Virus record (IMG/VR): IMGVR_UViG_3300025872_000050
Location: 14,348-78,347 of that record
Length of the DNA stretch: 64,000 bases
Direction: 5' to 3' (one strand)
DNA from: a virus
The translations under genes and the position numbers were made by a program. Positions 55,994 to 63,614 of this stretch are shown piece after piece; the first letter of the stretch is position 1; every line of letters starts with the position of its first letter. Below the pieces are notes generated by a model that made no database searches, was not told the DNA's origin, and worked only from the letters and a program-made list of their open reading frames with translations.

Positions 55994-56847
55994 TGCGCAG
56001 AGGCACAGCAGCCTCGAGCGCGGAGGCCTGCCACTTGGCAGAGACTTGTCAGCTCTGTAAACAGGGCGCGGGCCCTCGGCCCTGGGATGTGGGCCAGGGT
56101 AGCACAGCAGGGCTACTTGGCTTCGACTTGTCAGCCTTGTATACACGGCCCTCGTCCCTCGGCTTGTTTTCGTCCAGGAAACGTGCCTCCGCTCGCGCTA
56201 CGCGGCAGGGCTGTATACACTGCTGTAAACGCGGGCCCTCGGCCGCCGTGCGTAGGCCGCTTTTTCTGAGCATTCCCGCAAAAACTTGGTGCCCATCCAT
56301 CGCGAGTCGGAAGGTAGCGAGCCTCAGACGCCTTCTACGGGCCTCAGACGCGCGTAGAACGTGCAGATGTGTTACAAGCGTTTTCTAACCAGAATACGGC
56401 TTTTGCTCGGTTTTGCTCAGATACGTTCGGATTTGCTGTTTACATGATGATTTTGTGTAAACATAGAGTTACTATACGTATACACATTTTCGGGCATTTT
56501 CGCGCTGTTTACACCAGAATTGACCAAGAAGTATACAAAGATGTCGAGCAACACGTGCAATCTCGTACGAGTTTTTTTTCTTCAGCCCTTCCCATTCCCC
56601 GAAAAACTTCTAGAATATGATGATGAAACAAGGGGAACCAGAACGGCCTGGAAAAAAATATTTGCGAGCTGGCTCTTGTTACTAACTCTGGCCGTCCAAG
56701 GCCCGAGGGCCGACGACCGACGCCCCAGTCCCGACAGCCCTCTCGCGCGTACGCGCGCGTAGGGGACAGAGAGCCCCGGGAAGACCTCTCGCGTACCCGC
56801 CCGCGAGACGGGACCAGGCGAGACGAACTTCCTGGGCCGCCCCGCTG

Positions 56848-56876
56848 TTTACAGCCGGGACGCGGGAGTATACAAT
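56848..56876 (+). promoter_or_regulatory. Class A promoter (TTTACA-N17-TACAAT)
   Basis: Upstream of the RHH gene. Confidence 0.75.
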
Positions 56877-56916
56877 GACGATAAGAGCACCCTAAAGAGG
56901 GACGAGAGGAGAGCGC

Positions 56917-57321
56917 ATGAAGCGCGAGGACCAGGAGACGATAGTCATCAACACGAGGCTGGGCGAGTTCGACGCCTGGCGCATGGACCGCGAACGCGAA
57001 CGGCTTGGCCTGCGGAGGGCGGCCTTCGTCCGGGACGCGATCCGCGAGAAGCTTGGGGAGCCGCGGCCGCAGGAGCTCGCGCTCTATCGCAAGGAGCGCG
57101 AGGTCACGGTCACCAAGCAGACGGGCGGATCCGGATCGTCTACGGGGACCAAGCCCAGCGAGCGGGTCCCGCTGCACACCACCGCGGGCCCGTGCCCGTC
57201 ATGCGGGCGCGTAGAGGACGCCATGGGACCGGCGCTGCTCATCAGCAAGGCCCGAGGGACGTGGGTCTGCAACGGCTGCGGGGCGACAGGGTCGCTGTAC
57301 GAGGAGGGGAGCGGGTCGTGA
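56917..57321 (+). CDS. Ribbon-helix-helix regulator with a C-terminal zinc ribbon
   Basis: IVINTRL....MD......GLRRAAFVRDAIREKL; CPSC...CNGC. Confidence 0.7.
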   Translation: MKREDQETIVINTRLGEFDAWRMDRERERLGLRRAAFVRDAIREKLGEPRPQELALYRKEREVTVTKQTGGSGSSTGTKPSERVPLHTTAGPCPSCGRVEDAMGPALLISKARGTWVCNGCGATGSLYEEGSGS

Positions 57322-57551
57322 AGACGCTCGAATCTGTGAAGCAGCTGCTGCAGGACCTCGACGGCGTCGAGACCTTCGAGCGCGACGAGGTGAGCAACAA
57401 CGTCATCCTGACGTGGAGGTGCCTCGGATGCGGCTGGACCGTGAACATCGCGGCTCCCGGCTTCGCGGGCGACGGCTTCACGCACTATCGCGAGGGCAGC
57501 CCAGAGGGGTCCTGCGGCCCGCTCGTGGCCTATCGGAGGAGGGTCTCGTGA
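57318..57551 (+). CDS. Small hypothetical protein
   Basis: GTGA overlap; CLGC. Confidence 0.5.
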   Translation: MKTLESVKQLLQDLDGVETFERDEVSNNVILTWRCLGCGWTVNIAAPGFAGDGFTHYREGSPEGSCGPLVAYRRRVS

Positions 57552-57733
57552 GCGATGCGCAGACGATCAAGGTCACCGTCGCGCTGACGCGCGACGAGGT
57601 CGCGTTCTTGGCCAAGCACCGGTCCAGCACGCCGCCGTGGACCGCGTCTCCGGGGCCGCCGACGACGATCCTGTCGAAGCTGGCGCACGAAGTCATGTCG
57701 ACCCTCTACACGTCCGGGGTGGTGAGCGACTGA
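57548..57733 (+). CDS. Small hypothetical protein, RHH-like N-terminus
   Basis: IKVTVALTRDEVAFL. Confidence 0.45.
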   Translation: MSDAQTIKVTVALTRDEVAFLAKHRSSTPPWTASPGPPTTILSKLAHEVMSTLYTSGVVSD

Positions 57734-58122
57734 TGCAGAAGTGGTGCTGCGCGACGTGCGGCCGCTTCTTGAGCGACTCAGCTGCGGAGGAGTTTCCCAG
57801 CAGGTGCCCGTCCTGCGGCGGGGTCGTCATCGTGACGCGGACCGTTCCCGAGCCGCCGCTCCAGCGGCGCGACCTGCGGGACCCGCTCGCTCTCGGGGAG
57901 ATCTACCTGTTCCATCGGCGCAACGGCGGCTCGATCTCGGACTGCGTGACTCTGCGGGTCCCCGACTACCGCGACGACCCGGAGGGCGCCAACGTCAAGA
58001 AGGGCGAGGAGCGGGAGGCGCTGCTTCGCAGGTTCAGCGAGCCCGAGGTCGTCCCGCAGTTCAAGCGGCCGCTCAGCAACGGCGAGTCCGCGACGTTCAC
58101 CTACACGAAGCGCGTCACGTGA
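57733..58122 (+). CDS. Zinc-ribbon hypothetical protein
   Basis: CATCG...CPSCG. Confidence 0.55.
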   Translation: MQKWCCATCGRFLSDSAAEEFPSRCPSCGGVVIVTRTVPEPPLQRRDLRDPLALGEIYLFHRRNGGSISDCVTLRVPDYRDDPEGANVKKGEEREALLRRFSEPEVVPQFKRPLSNGESATFTYTKRVT

Positions 58123-58241
58123 GGCGGGCGTTCGCGTTCGTCCTCGACGTGGTCTGGCCGGCGGTCGTCGCCGCCGCGGTGATCTCGGCTGGGCTCGCCT
58201 ACGCGTACCTCGCCCACTTCTGGGTCTTCGACCCGCGTTAG
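58119..58241 (+). CDS. Small membrane protein
   Basis: Hydrophobic 40-aa ORF; GTGA overlap. Confidence 0.4.
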   Translation: MRRAFAFVLDVVWPAVVAAAVISAGLAYAYLAHFWVFDPR

Positions 58242-58248
58242 GCTGCCC

Positions 58249-58531
58249 TGTACAGCTATCCGGTCCGTAATGTACAGTGTACTTACGGGTACGCACCTCC
58301 TGGGGCGTCCCGTACCGGGCACCGCTCCCGTCTCTGGTGGGCTTGGTATCTCGCTAAGCCCTCTCTCGCGACCCCCGCAGCCGGTCGACCGAGATGACGA
58401 CGCCAGATTCGGTAGAGCGCGTCCGCTCCAGCCCTCCCGCTGTGGAGCCTCCCGACGCGATGCGTTGACGGCGCGCAGCGCGCTCCCCACCTCTGCAGCG
58501 GGAGGGCGAAAGTCCGGCTAGGAGGTGGTCC
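58249..58531 (+). promoter_or_regulatory. Promoter (TGTACA-N18-TACAGT, -10 inside a CCGTAA..TTACGG palindrome) and a ~245-nt structured leader with an anti-SD
   Basis: CACCTCCTGG (58294-303) is complementary to CTAGGAGGTG (58518-27); several internal stems. Confidence 0.55.
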
Positions 58532-59305
58532 GTGGACGTACGCAAGACCGCTCGCCTGACGATCCCTCCCGAGAGCCTCGCGCCCAGCGTCGTTCTGGAC
58601 GTGGACCCGTACACGGGGATCCAGAGCATCGCGGTCTGCGCGGAGTGCGGCTGGGCCGTCGACGACGAGGGTCTCTGGCCGGACCGCGACGTGCACAACC
58701 CCAAGCAGGTCGGCCAGCACTGTTGGCGCTGCGGCCGGCGCTGGTTCTACCGGGTCCGCGAGTCCTCGATCAGGGCGCTCGCAGAGCACGGTCGCTCGTG
58801 GGGCGAGACCGCGCCCAAGACGCCCGAGGCCGAGGTCCGTCAGCTGCCACGCGTGCTCCCGTCGCCCGAGGCGCCTCCAGGCCAGGCGGTCCAGCAGCAG
58901 CCCAGCTTTCCGCTGGTCCCGCTCACGGGCGGGAACCGCGGCGAGCCCCGGGTCATGGACCTGATGCGCGAGAAGATGGACACGCTCGCCGAGGACATGC
59001 TGCGGCCCTTCGAAGAGGGGCTCAAGCTGCGGCCGGACCACGCGAACATGACGGACGACAAGCTGCTGCGCTTCTACACGTCCCAGGCTCGCCTGTCTGA
59101 GCGGCTCATGGACCGCGTCATCGGCACCCCGATCCAGCGGCAGCACACCCTACACGCGGACGCGACGCGCGTGTTGGGTGATCAGGTCTCGCTCCGAGCC
59201 GTGGACGAGGCCATCGTCTCGCTGCTCCAGGGCCGCATGATCGAGGTCCAGGCTCCGGGCGAGGTGGTTGAGGGCGACGTCGAAGAAGCGGAGATCATCG
59301 AATAG
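58532..59305 (+). CDS. Putative terminase small subunit
   Basis: Zn-finger N-terminus, MDRVIGTPIQR motif, acidic C-terminus; first gene of the apparent late unit. Confidence 0.45.
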   Translation: MDVRKTARLTIPPESLAPSVVLDVDPYTGIQSIAVCAECGWAVDDEGLWPDRDVHNPKQVGQHCWRCGRRWFYRVRESSIRALAEHGRSWGETAPKTPEAEVRQLPRVLPSPEAPPGQAVQQQPSFPLVPLTGGNRGEPRVMDLMREKMDTLAEDMLRPFEEGLKLRPDHANMTDDKLLRFYTSQARLSERLMDRVIGTPIQRQHTLHADATRVLGDQVSLRAVDEAIVSLLQGRMIEVQAPGEVVEGDVEEAEIIE

Positions 59306-59323
59306 AGGAGAGGTGAAAGCACC

Positions 59324-59707
59324 TTGACTTCAGTCCCTGCGCACGAGCTCACGACTACCCAGTTCTGCAAGGTCGACGGCTGCACGAACGAGTCCACCGC
59401 CAACGTCGGACCGTACGCCAAGCTCTGCGAGACCCACAAGTTCGAGGCGCGCCAGATGCTCAGCGACGCTCATCGAGCGTCTGCGGCTGAGCGCAAGGCT
59501 GCGAGGACAAACGGGTCCGGCACGGCCGCGCAGGACGTGGGGTCGTTCGAGGAGCGCGCCAAGGGCTTGGTGGCTGTGGGTCGCCGGCTCGACAGGGCGC
59601 GCAGGGACTACGTCAAGAGGCGAGCGTCCATCGCGCCTGCAGAGGCCGAGTTCAAGAAGGCGATGGAGCTCTGGAAGGCGGAGCTTCGGAGGCTCGCCGG
59701 AGACTAG
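59324..59707 (+). CDS. Hypothetical protein with a CxxxxC...CxxH finger
   Basis: CKVDGC...LCETH. Confidence 0.55.
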   Translation: MTSVPAHELTTTQFCKVDGCTNESTANVGPYAKLCETHKFEARQMLSDAHRASAAERKAARTNGSGTAAQDVGSFEERAKGLVAVGRRLDRARRDYVKRRASIAPAEAEFKKAMELWKAELRRLAGD

Positions 59708-59715
59708 GAGGCGAC

Positions 59716-59997
59716 ATGACGCTGACGAACAACACGCAGGGCCGCTGCTTTCTCCTCCCGTACCGCCACGCGCTTCTTCCGGGCGGCACTGTCAGCGTCG
59801 CCGACGCGCTCTACGAGAACGACGATCGCATGGCTGCTGCGGTCAACAGGCTTTCGCTTGCTGGGTTCGCTGCTGTCAGCGGCTACTCAGGCGCGTTCCC
59901 GCGCAAGGTCGAGTGGGACCCAGACGGAAGGCAGCGCAGAGGGGCTGCGGTCAAGGGCGCGACGATCACCGACTCGATCGCCGCGCTCAAGGTCTGA
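59716..59997 (+). CDS. Hypothetical protein, possibly virion
   Basis: TAGGAGG SD. Confidence 0.55.
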   Translation: MTLTNNTQGRCFLLPYRHALLPGGTVSVADALYENDDRMAAAVNRLSLAGFAAVSGYSGAFPRKVEWDPDGRQRRGAAVKGATITDSIAALKV

Positions 59998-60016
59998 CCG
60001 AGGAGGTAGCGGTGCG

Positions 60017-60212
60017 ATGTCTCTTCTACACCAGGCCCGCGACGATCGCGCGCAAGTCGACGTGTGGCGGGCCGAACAGCTGCTCAAGGCGGGGTACCCG
60101 CAGAAGCTCGCGATCCAGATCGGCGAGGACGACCGGATCGACCTGCACCTGGCGATCCGCATGATCCAGCAGGGCTGCAGCCCCCGAGACGGCGGCTCAG
60201 ATCCTGCTCTGA
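60017..60212 (+). pseudogene. Small Thermoleophilia-type protein apparently frameshifted at the C5 run 60181-85
   Basis: WRAEQLLKAGY...IDLH.A...GCSP; the +1 frame gives ETAAQILL-stop. Confidence 0.5.
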
Positions 60213-60226
60213 ACGAGGAGGTCACG

Positions 60227-60430
60227 ATGGGAGAGCTCATCGACCTGACGGCGAGGCGGCTTCGCAAGAAGGGCTACGTCGCGCTCGACATCCCCGGTCC
60301 CACCCAGCTCGCGTGCTTCGGCGCGTGTCCGAGCTGCGGCGAGCAGATCGTCGGCGTCGCGATGTACTCGATCCAGCTCCGCCTGCCGGTCTGCCAGGCG
60401 TGCGGCGAGAGCGAGAAGAGCAGCGCGTGA
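60227..60430 (+). CDS. Small zinc-ribbon protein
   Basis: Own GAGGAGG SD; CPSC...CQAC. Confidence 0.55.
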   Translation: MGELIDLTARRLRKKGYVALDIPGPTQLACFGACPSCGEQIVGVAMYSIQLRLPVCQACGESEKSSA

Positions 60431-61311
60431 TCAGCAAGACCGAGTTCCAGTGGCGCGAGTGGCGCCTGGGCGAGGGGCGCTGGAGGGGCAAGGGCCCGAA
60501 GTCGCAGCCCAGGCCTGCCTGGTTCCCGATGGTGATCCCGCCGGCGTGGTTCGCGAGGCTCGCGCTCTTCCTCAAGCGCAGGACCTCCGTGCCCGTACAG
60601 CCGCCGGCTCCGCAGCTCGGGGCCTTCGGCAGGCCGTTCGCGTTCTACCGCAACCCGCAAGGCGGCGTCGAGTCGGTCGGCCGCGCACACGGGGCCGGGC
60701 TCCGCACCGCGCTGCTCAACATCGGGGACCACAGCACCTCGTCGTGGTCCACCGTGACCGCGCGCATGGACACGTGGGACATCACGTGGGGATACTGGTG
60801 GCACTGCAGGACGATGGCCCACATCGAGCAGCTGCTCGCGGCGAGCGTCCGCAACAAGCGCCCGATCGTCGGGATCAACGTCGAGGCGGAGCTCGGAGGC
60901 GCGCTGGGTCCGTGGGTGATCCGCGATTGCGTGGCTCGGTCCGGCTTCCAGGGCCAAGTCGCCACGGTGCTCATGGGCTGGGTCCAGAACAACGTCGACT
61001 GCCGGCCGATCGGGGACTGGGTCGCGATGCTGGAGATCTTCCCGCAGGACGCCGCCGAGCTGTGGGACCCCAAGGTCAAGGTCTACCACTGCCTCGAACA
61101 CGCGCGCAACCTCGGTCTCAAGCTTCCGGTGCCGTTCTACGCGACCTATCCGATGCGGCCGGAGCAGCGAGTCAAGATCGGCGCGATCCACCCGGACCCG
61201 CCGACGACGCTGGTCGCGCAGCCGTCGTGGTACGACAGGACGCTCATGCACGGGCTCTACACCGTCGATGACACTGCCGAAGACTGGGACACGTGGAGGT
61301 GGCCGTCGTGA
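60427..61311 (+). CDS. Putative endolysin / glycoside-hydrolase-like protein
   Basis: Trp/Pro-rich N-terminal domain, Pro linker, TIM-barrel-like region (WGYWW, INVEAE). Confidence 0.4.
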   Translation: MISKTEFQWREWRLGEGRWRGKGPKSQPRPAWFPMVIPPAWFARLALFLKRRTSVPVQPPAPQLGAFGRPFAFYRNPQGGVESVGRAHGAGLRTALLNIGDHSTSSWSTVTARMDTWDITWGYWWHCRTMAHIEQLLAASVRNKRPIVGINVEAELGGALGPWVIRDCVARSGFQGQVATVLMGWVQNNVDCRPIGDWVAMLEIFPQDAAELWDPKVKVYHCLEHARNLGLKLPVPFYATYPMRPEQRVKIGAIHPDPPTTLVAQPSWYDRTLMHGLYTVDDTAEDWDTWRWPS

Positions 61312-62414
61312 ACGTCACGCTCACAATCACAGATGCTGACGGCCTGGGGCTCGCGGGGATAGTTCCAGTTAGCGCTCTCGCTGAGCCAGCGACCAACCTC
61401 AAGTCGTTCACCATCCTGATCGACGGCCGGGTTGTGAAGACCGGAGTTCCAGTTGCGGGCCAGCCGCTTGTATATCAGTGGGATACGCGTGGCACTTCAG
61501 ATGGCACTCATGTCGTCGAGGCGATCGCGCAGTACAAGACGCGCAAGAGCACCGCGCGGCTTGCGGTCACCGTCAACAACGCTGAGGTGCCACCTCCCCC
61601 TCCTCCGCCGCCGGGCGCTGGCGTGCTGGGACTCGTCCCGAACGGTGGCTTCCCTGGCACCTACGGGCCGATGGCCGCGAGCCTCAAGCCCAGGTTCATC
61701 CGCGAGGATCACCTCTCGCCCGACCTGTTCGCGTGGGCTGCCGCACAGGGGATCCCGGTGATCCTGCTCGCGACCGGACGCACGACGACGCAGACGATGG
61801 ATCTGGTGCGCTACTTCAAGCCGCGGATCGTCGAGACGGACAACGAGCCGTACTACCCGACGGGCGTCGTCGACCTCGCGACGTGGTCGCGGCAGCAGCT
61901 CGAGACGGCGAAGGCGATCAAGGCGTACGACCCGTCGATCGAGGTGATCGTCCCGGTCAACGCGAGCGCGAACGGCGGCGACTACCCGACCCCGTCTGGT
62001 GGGTGGGCGCCGTGGGTCAACCAGATGCTCGACGCCGCGCCGACGCTGCCGCAGTACGTCGACAGTTGGGCGGCGCACCCGTACTCGAACCCGCGTGACG
62101 CGCCGCCGCAGTGGGCGCTGCTGGAGAGGGTGCGCGGCCAGTTGATCGCCCGCAACGCTGACCGGCCGTTCTCGATCACCGAGGTCGGCTGGTCGGTCGG
62201 CACCGCGACCGGGCCGAAGGGGCAGACGACGCTCGACGAGCAGGCCGCGTACGTCGGCCAGTACATCGACGAGGCACGCACCCGCCCGTGGATCAGGCGC
62301 ATCACGATCTACTGTCTACGCACGTGGGGCACCGACTTCGAGGGCTCGTTCGGCCTGTTCGAGCAGAACGGTACCGAACGGCCCGCTGCTGTCGCGTACA
62401 GAGCGCGCGTGTAG
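61308..62414 (+). CDS. Ig-like domain, poly-Pro linker and clan GH-A glycoside hydrolase
   Basis: WDTRGTSDGTH (Big_7-like), NEP, AAHPY, ITEVGW, FGLF. Confidence 0.75.
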   Translation: MNVTLTITDADGLGLAGIVPVSALAEPATNLKSFTILIDGRVVKTGVPVAGQPLVYQWDTRGTSDGTHVVEAIAQYKTRKSTARLAVTVNNAEVPPPPPPPPGAGVLGLVPNGGFPGTYGPMAASLKPRFIREDHLSPDLFAWAAAQGIPVILLATGRTTTQTMDLVRYFKPRIVETDNEPYYPTGVVDLATWSRQQLETAKAIKAYDPSIEVIVPVNASANGGDYPTPSGGWAPWVNQMLDAAPTLPQYVDSWAAHPYSNPRDAPPQWALLERVRGQLIARNADRPFSITEVGWSVGTATGPKGQTTLDEQAAYVGQYIDEARTRPWIRRITIYCLRTWGTDFEGSFGLFEQNGTERPAAVAYRARV

Positions 62415-62438
62415 CGACCAACAAGAGGAGGTGATCCG

Positions 62439-62855
62439 ATGGCCGCAGTCGACTGGGACTTCACGATCGAGGCGAACGCCGACTTCGACCGCGTGCTCAC
62501 CTGGCTCGACGTCAACCTCGATCCAGTGGACGTCACCGGCTATTCGGCCAAGATGCAGGTCCGGGACATCGACGGCGCGCTCATCACGATGCTGTCGACG
62601 GGCAACGGGCGCATCACGCTCGGAGGCGTGGCCGGCACGATCACGCTGCACATGGACGCGGCGGACACGGCTCACCTGCTCGGCACCGAGACCGGCAGCC
62701 CGCACGTCCACGACCTGCTGATGATCGACGGTACGGGCAACGTCACTCGCCTCGTGCAGGGCGAAGTCGTGGTCTCGCCCGGCGTGACCGAGATCGCCTA
62801 CCGCGCGATCGAGGACGCTGGCGTCAGCTTCGGCGACACGCTGGTCGCGACATGA
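62439..62855 (+). CDS. Virion structural protein (baseplate/LtfC-like)
   Basis: DVTGYSAKMQVR...GTITL...HDL...RLVQGEVVVSPGVT. Confidence 0.65.
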   Translation: MAAVDWDFTIEANADFDRVLTWLDVNLDPVDVTGYSAKMQVRDIDGALITMLSTGNGRITLGGVAGTITLHMDAADTAHLLGTETGSPHVHDLLMIDGTGNVTRLVQGEVVVSPGVTEIAYRAIEDAGVSFGDTLVAT

Positions 62856-63274
62856 GCACAGTCATCGTAGACGAGGTGCCGCAGCACTTCGTCACGATCG
62901 GTGAAGTGGTGACGTCGGTCACGATCGCAGACCCGCCCGCGTTCTCGGTGGTCGAGGGCGAGGGGCTCGAGATCGGGACCAGCCACGATCGGGCGACTTC
63001 GGTCGTCGGCCTGACTCAGACGGACGCCGTCCTGAGCGCCCGCCGGCGCGTGGGGACCGACACGGGCCTGACGCTCACGGAGAGCCTGCTTCGAAGGCCG
63101 GATCGTCGCAAGACCGACACGGGCCTGACGAACACGGACTCGATGCGTCGGTACCTCGGCGTGTTCCCGAGCGATACGGGCCTTACCCAGACGGACTCGA
63201 TCGTCATGGCCCGCCTGCTGAGCGACACCGGCCTCAGCATGAGCGACTCCATCAACGCGGTCAAGGTCCCGTAG
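62852..63274 (+). CDS. Virion protein with DTGLT.TDS repeats
   Basis: Five or six ~15-18-aa repeats. Confidence 0.55.
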   Translation: MSTVIVDEVPQHFVTIGEVVTSVTIADPPAFSVVEGEGLEIGTSHDRATSVVGLTQTDAVLSARRRVGTDTGLTLTESLLRRPDRRKTDTGLTNTDSMRRYLGVFPSDTGLTQTDSIVMARLLSDTGLSMSDSINAVKVP

Positions 63275-63275
63275 C

Positions 63276-63614
63276 ATGGGCCGCGAGTGGGAGGTCTGGG
63301 GCACCGTCCTTCGGTGCGTGGACGGCGACACGTTCGACATGGACCTCGACCTCGGTTTCGGGATCTGGCTTCAGCGGCGCAGGCTTCGCCTCGCGCACGC
63401 GGACACGCCCGAAAGAGGATCGGTCGAGGGCAAGGAAGCCAAGGAGTACGTGCGCTCGTTGATCGAGGGCAAGACGCTTCGCGTGCGGTCGCACTCCCTG
63501 GACAAGTACGGCAGGGTCTTGGGCTCGGTCGTGCTCGATGACGGGCGATCGCTAGCGGACGTCCTCATCTCCGAAGGCAAGGCTAAGCCCTACGAGGGCG
63601 GAAGGAGGACCTGA
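63276..63614 (+). CDS. Thermonuclease (SNase-like)
   Basis: VDGDT, RLRL..ADTPE, DKYGRVLG. Confidence 0.9.
   Translation: MGREWEVWGTVLRCVDGDTFDMDLDLGFGIWLQRRRLRLAHADTPERGSVEGKEAKEYVRSLIEGKTLRVRSHSLDKYGRVLGSVVLDDGRSLADVLISEGKAKPYEGGRRT

Larger units (their letters stand above)
55672..56916. other. Long non-coding control region with an AT-rich core and TGTWWACA repeats (origin or genome-end/packaging region)
   Basis: No credible ORF; AT-rich at about 56360-56690; at least 12 TGT(A/T)(A/T)ACA-like octamers; long hairpin; direct repeats. Confidence 0.65.

Noticed and set aside
55900-56260. Possible CRISPR or mini-array in the repeated units
   Set aside because: The repeats are short, degenerate and irregularly spaced, with no constant repeat-spacer period and no cas genes.
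55463-56762. ORFs across the non-coding region (55463-56269, 55521/55668-56060, 55993-56388, 56369-56620, 56520-56762)
   Set aside because: Codon usage is atypical, the products are low-complexity Arg/Ser/Gly-rich, and they run through DNA repeats and hairpins.
58379-58519. Hammerhead ribozyme (GATGA...GAAA in a junction)
   Set aside because: The core lacks CUGAUGA and the stem order does not fit; kept only as an unclassified structured leader.
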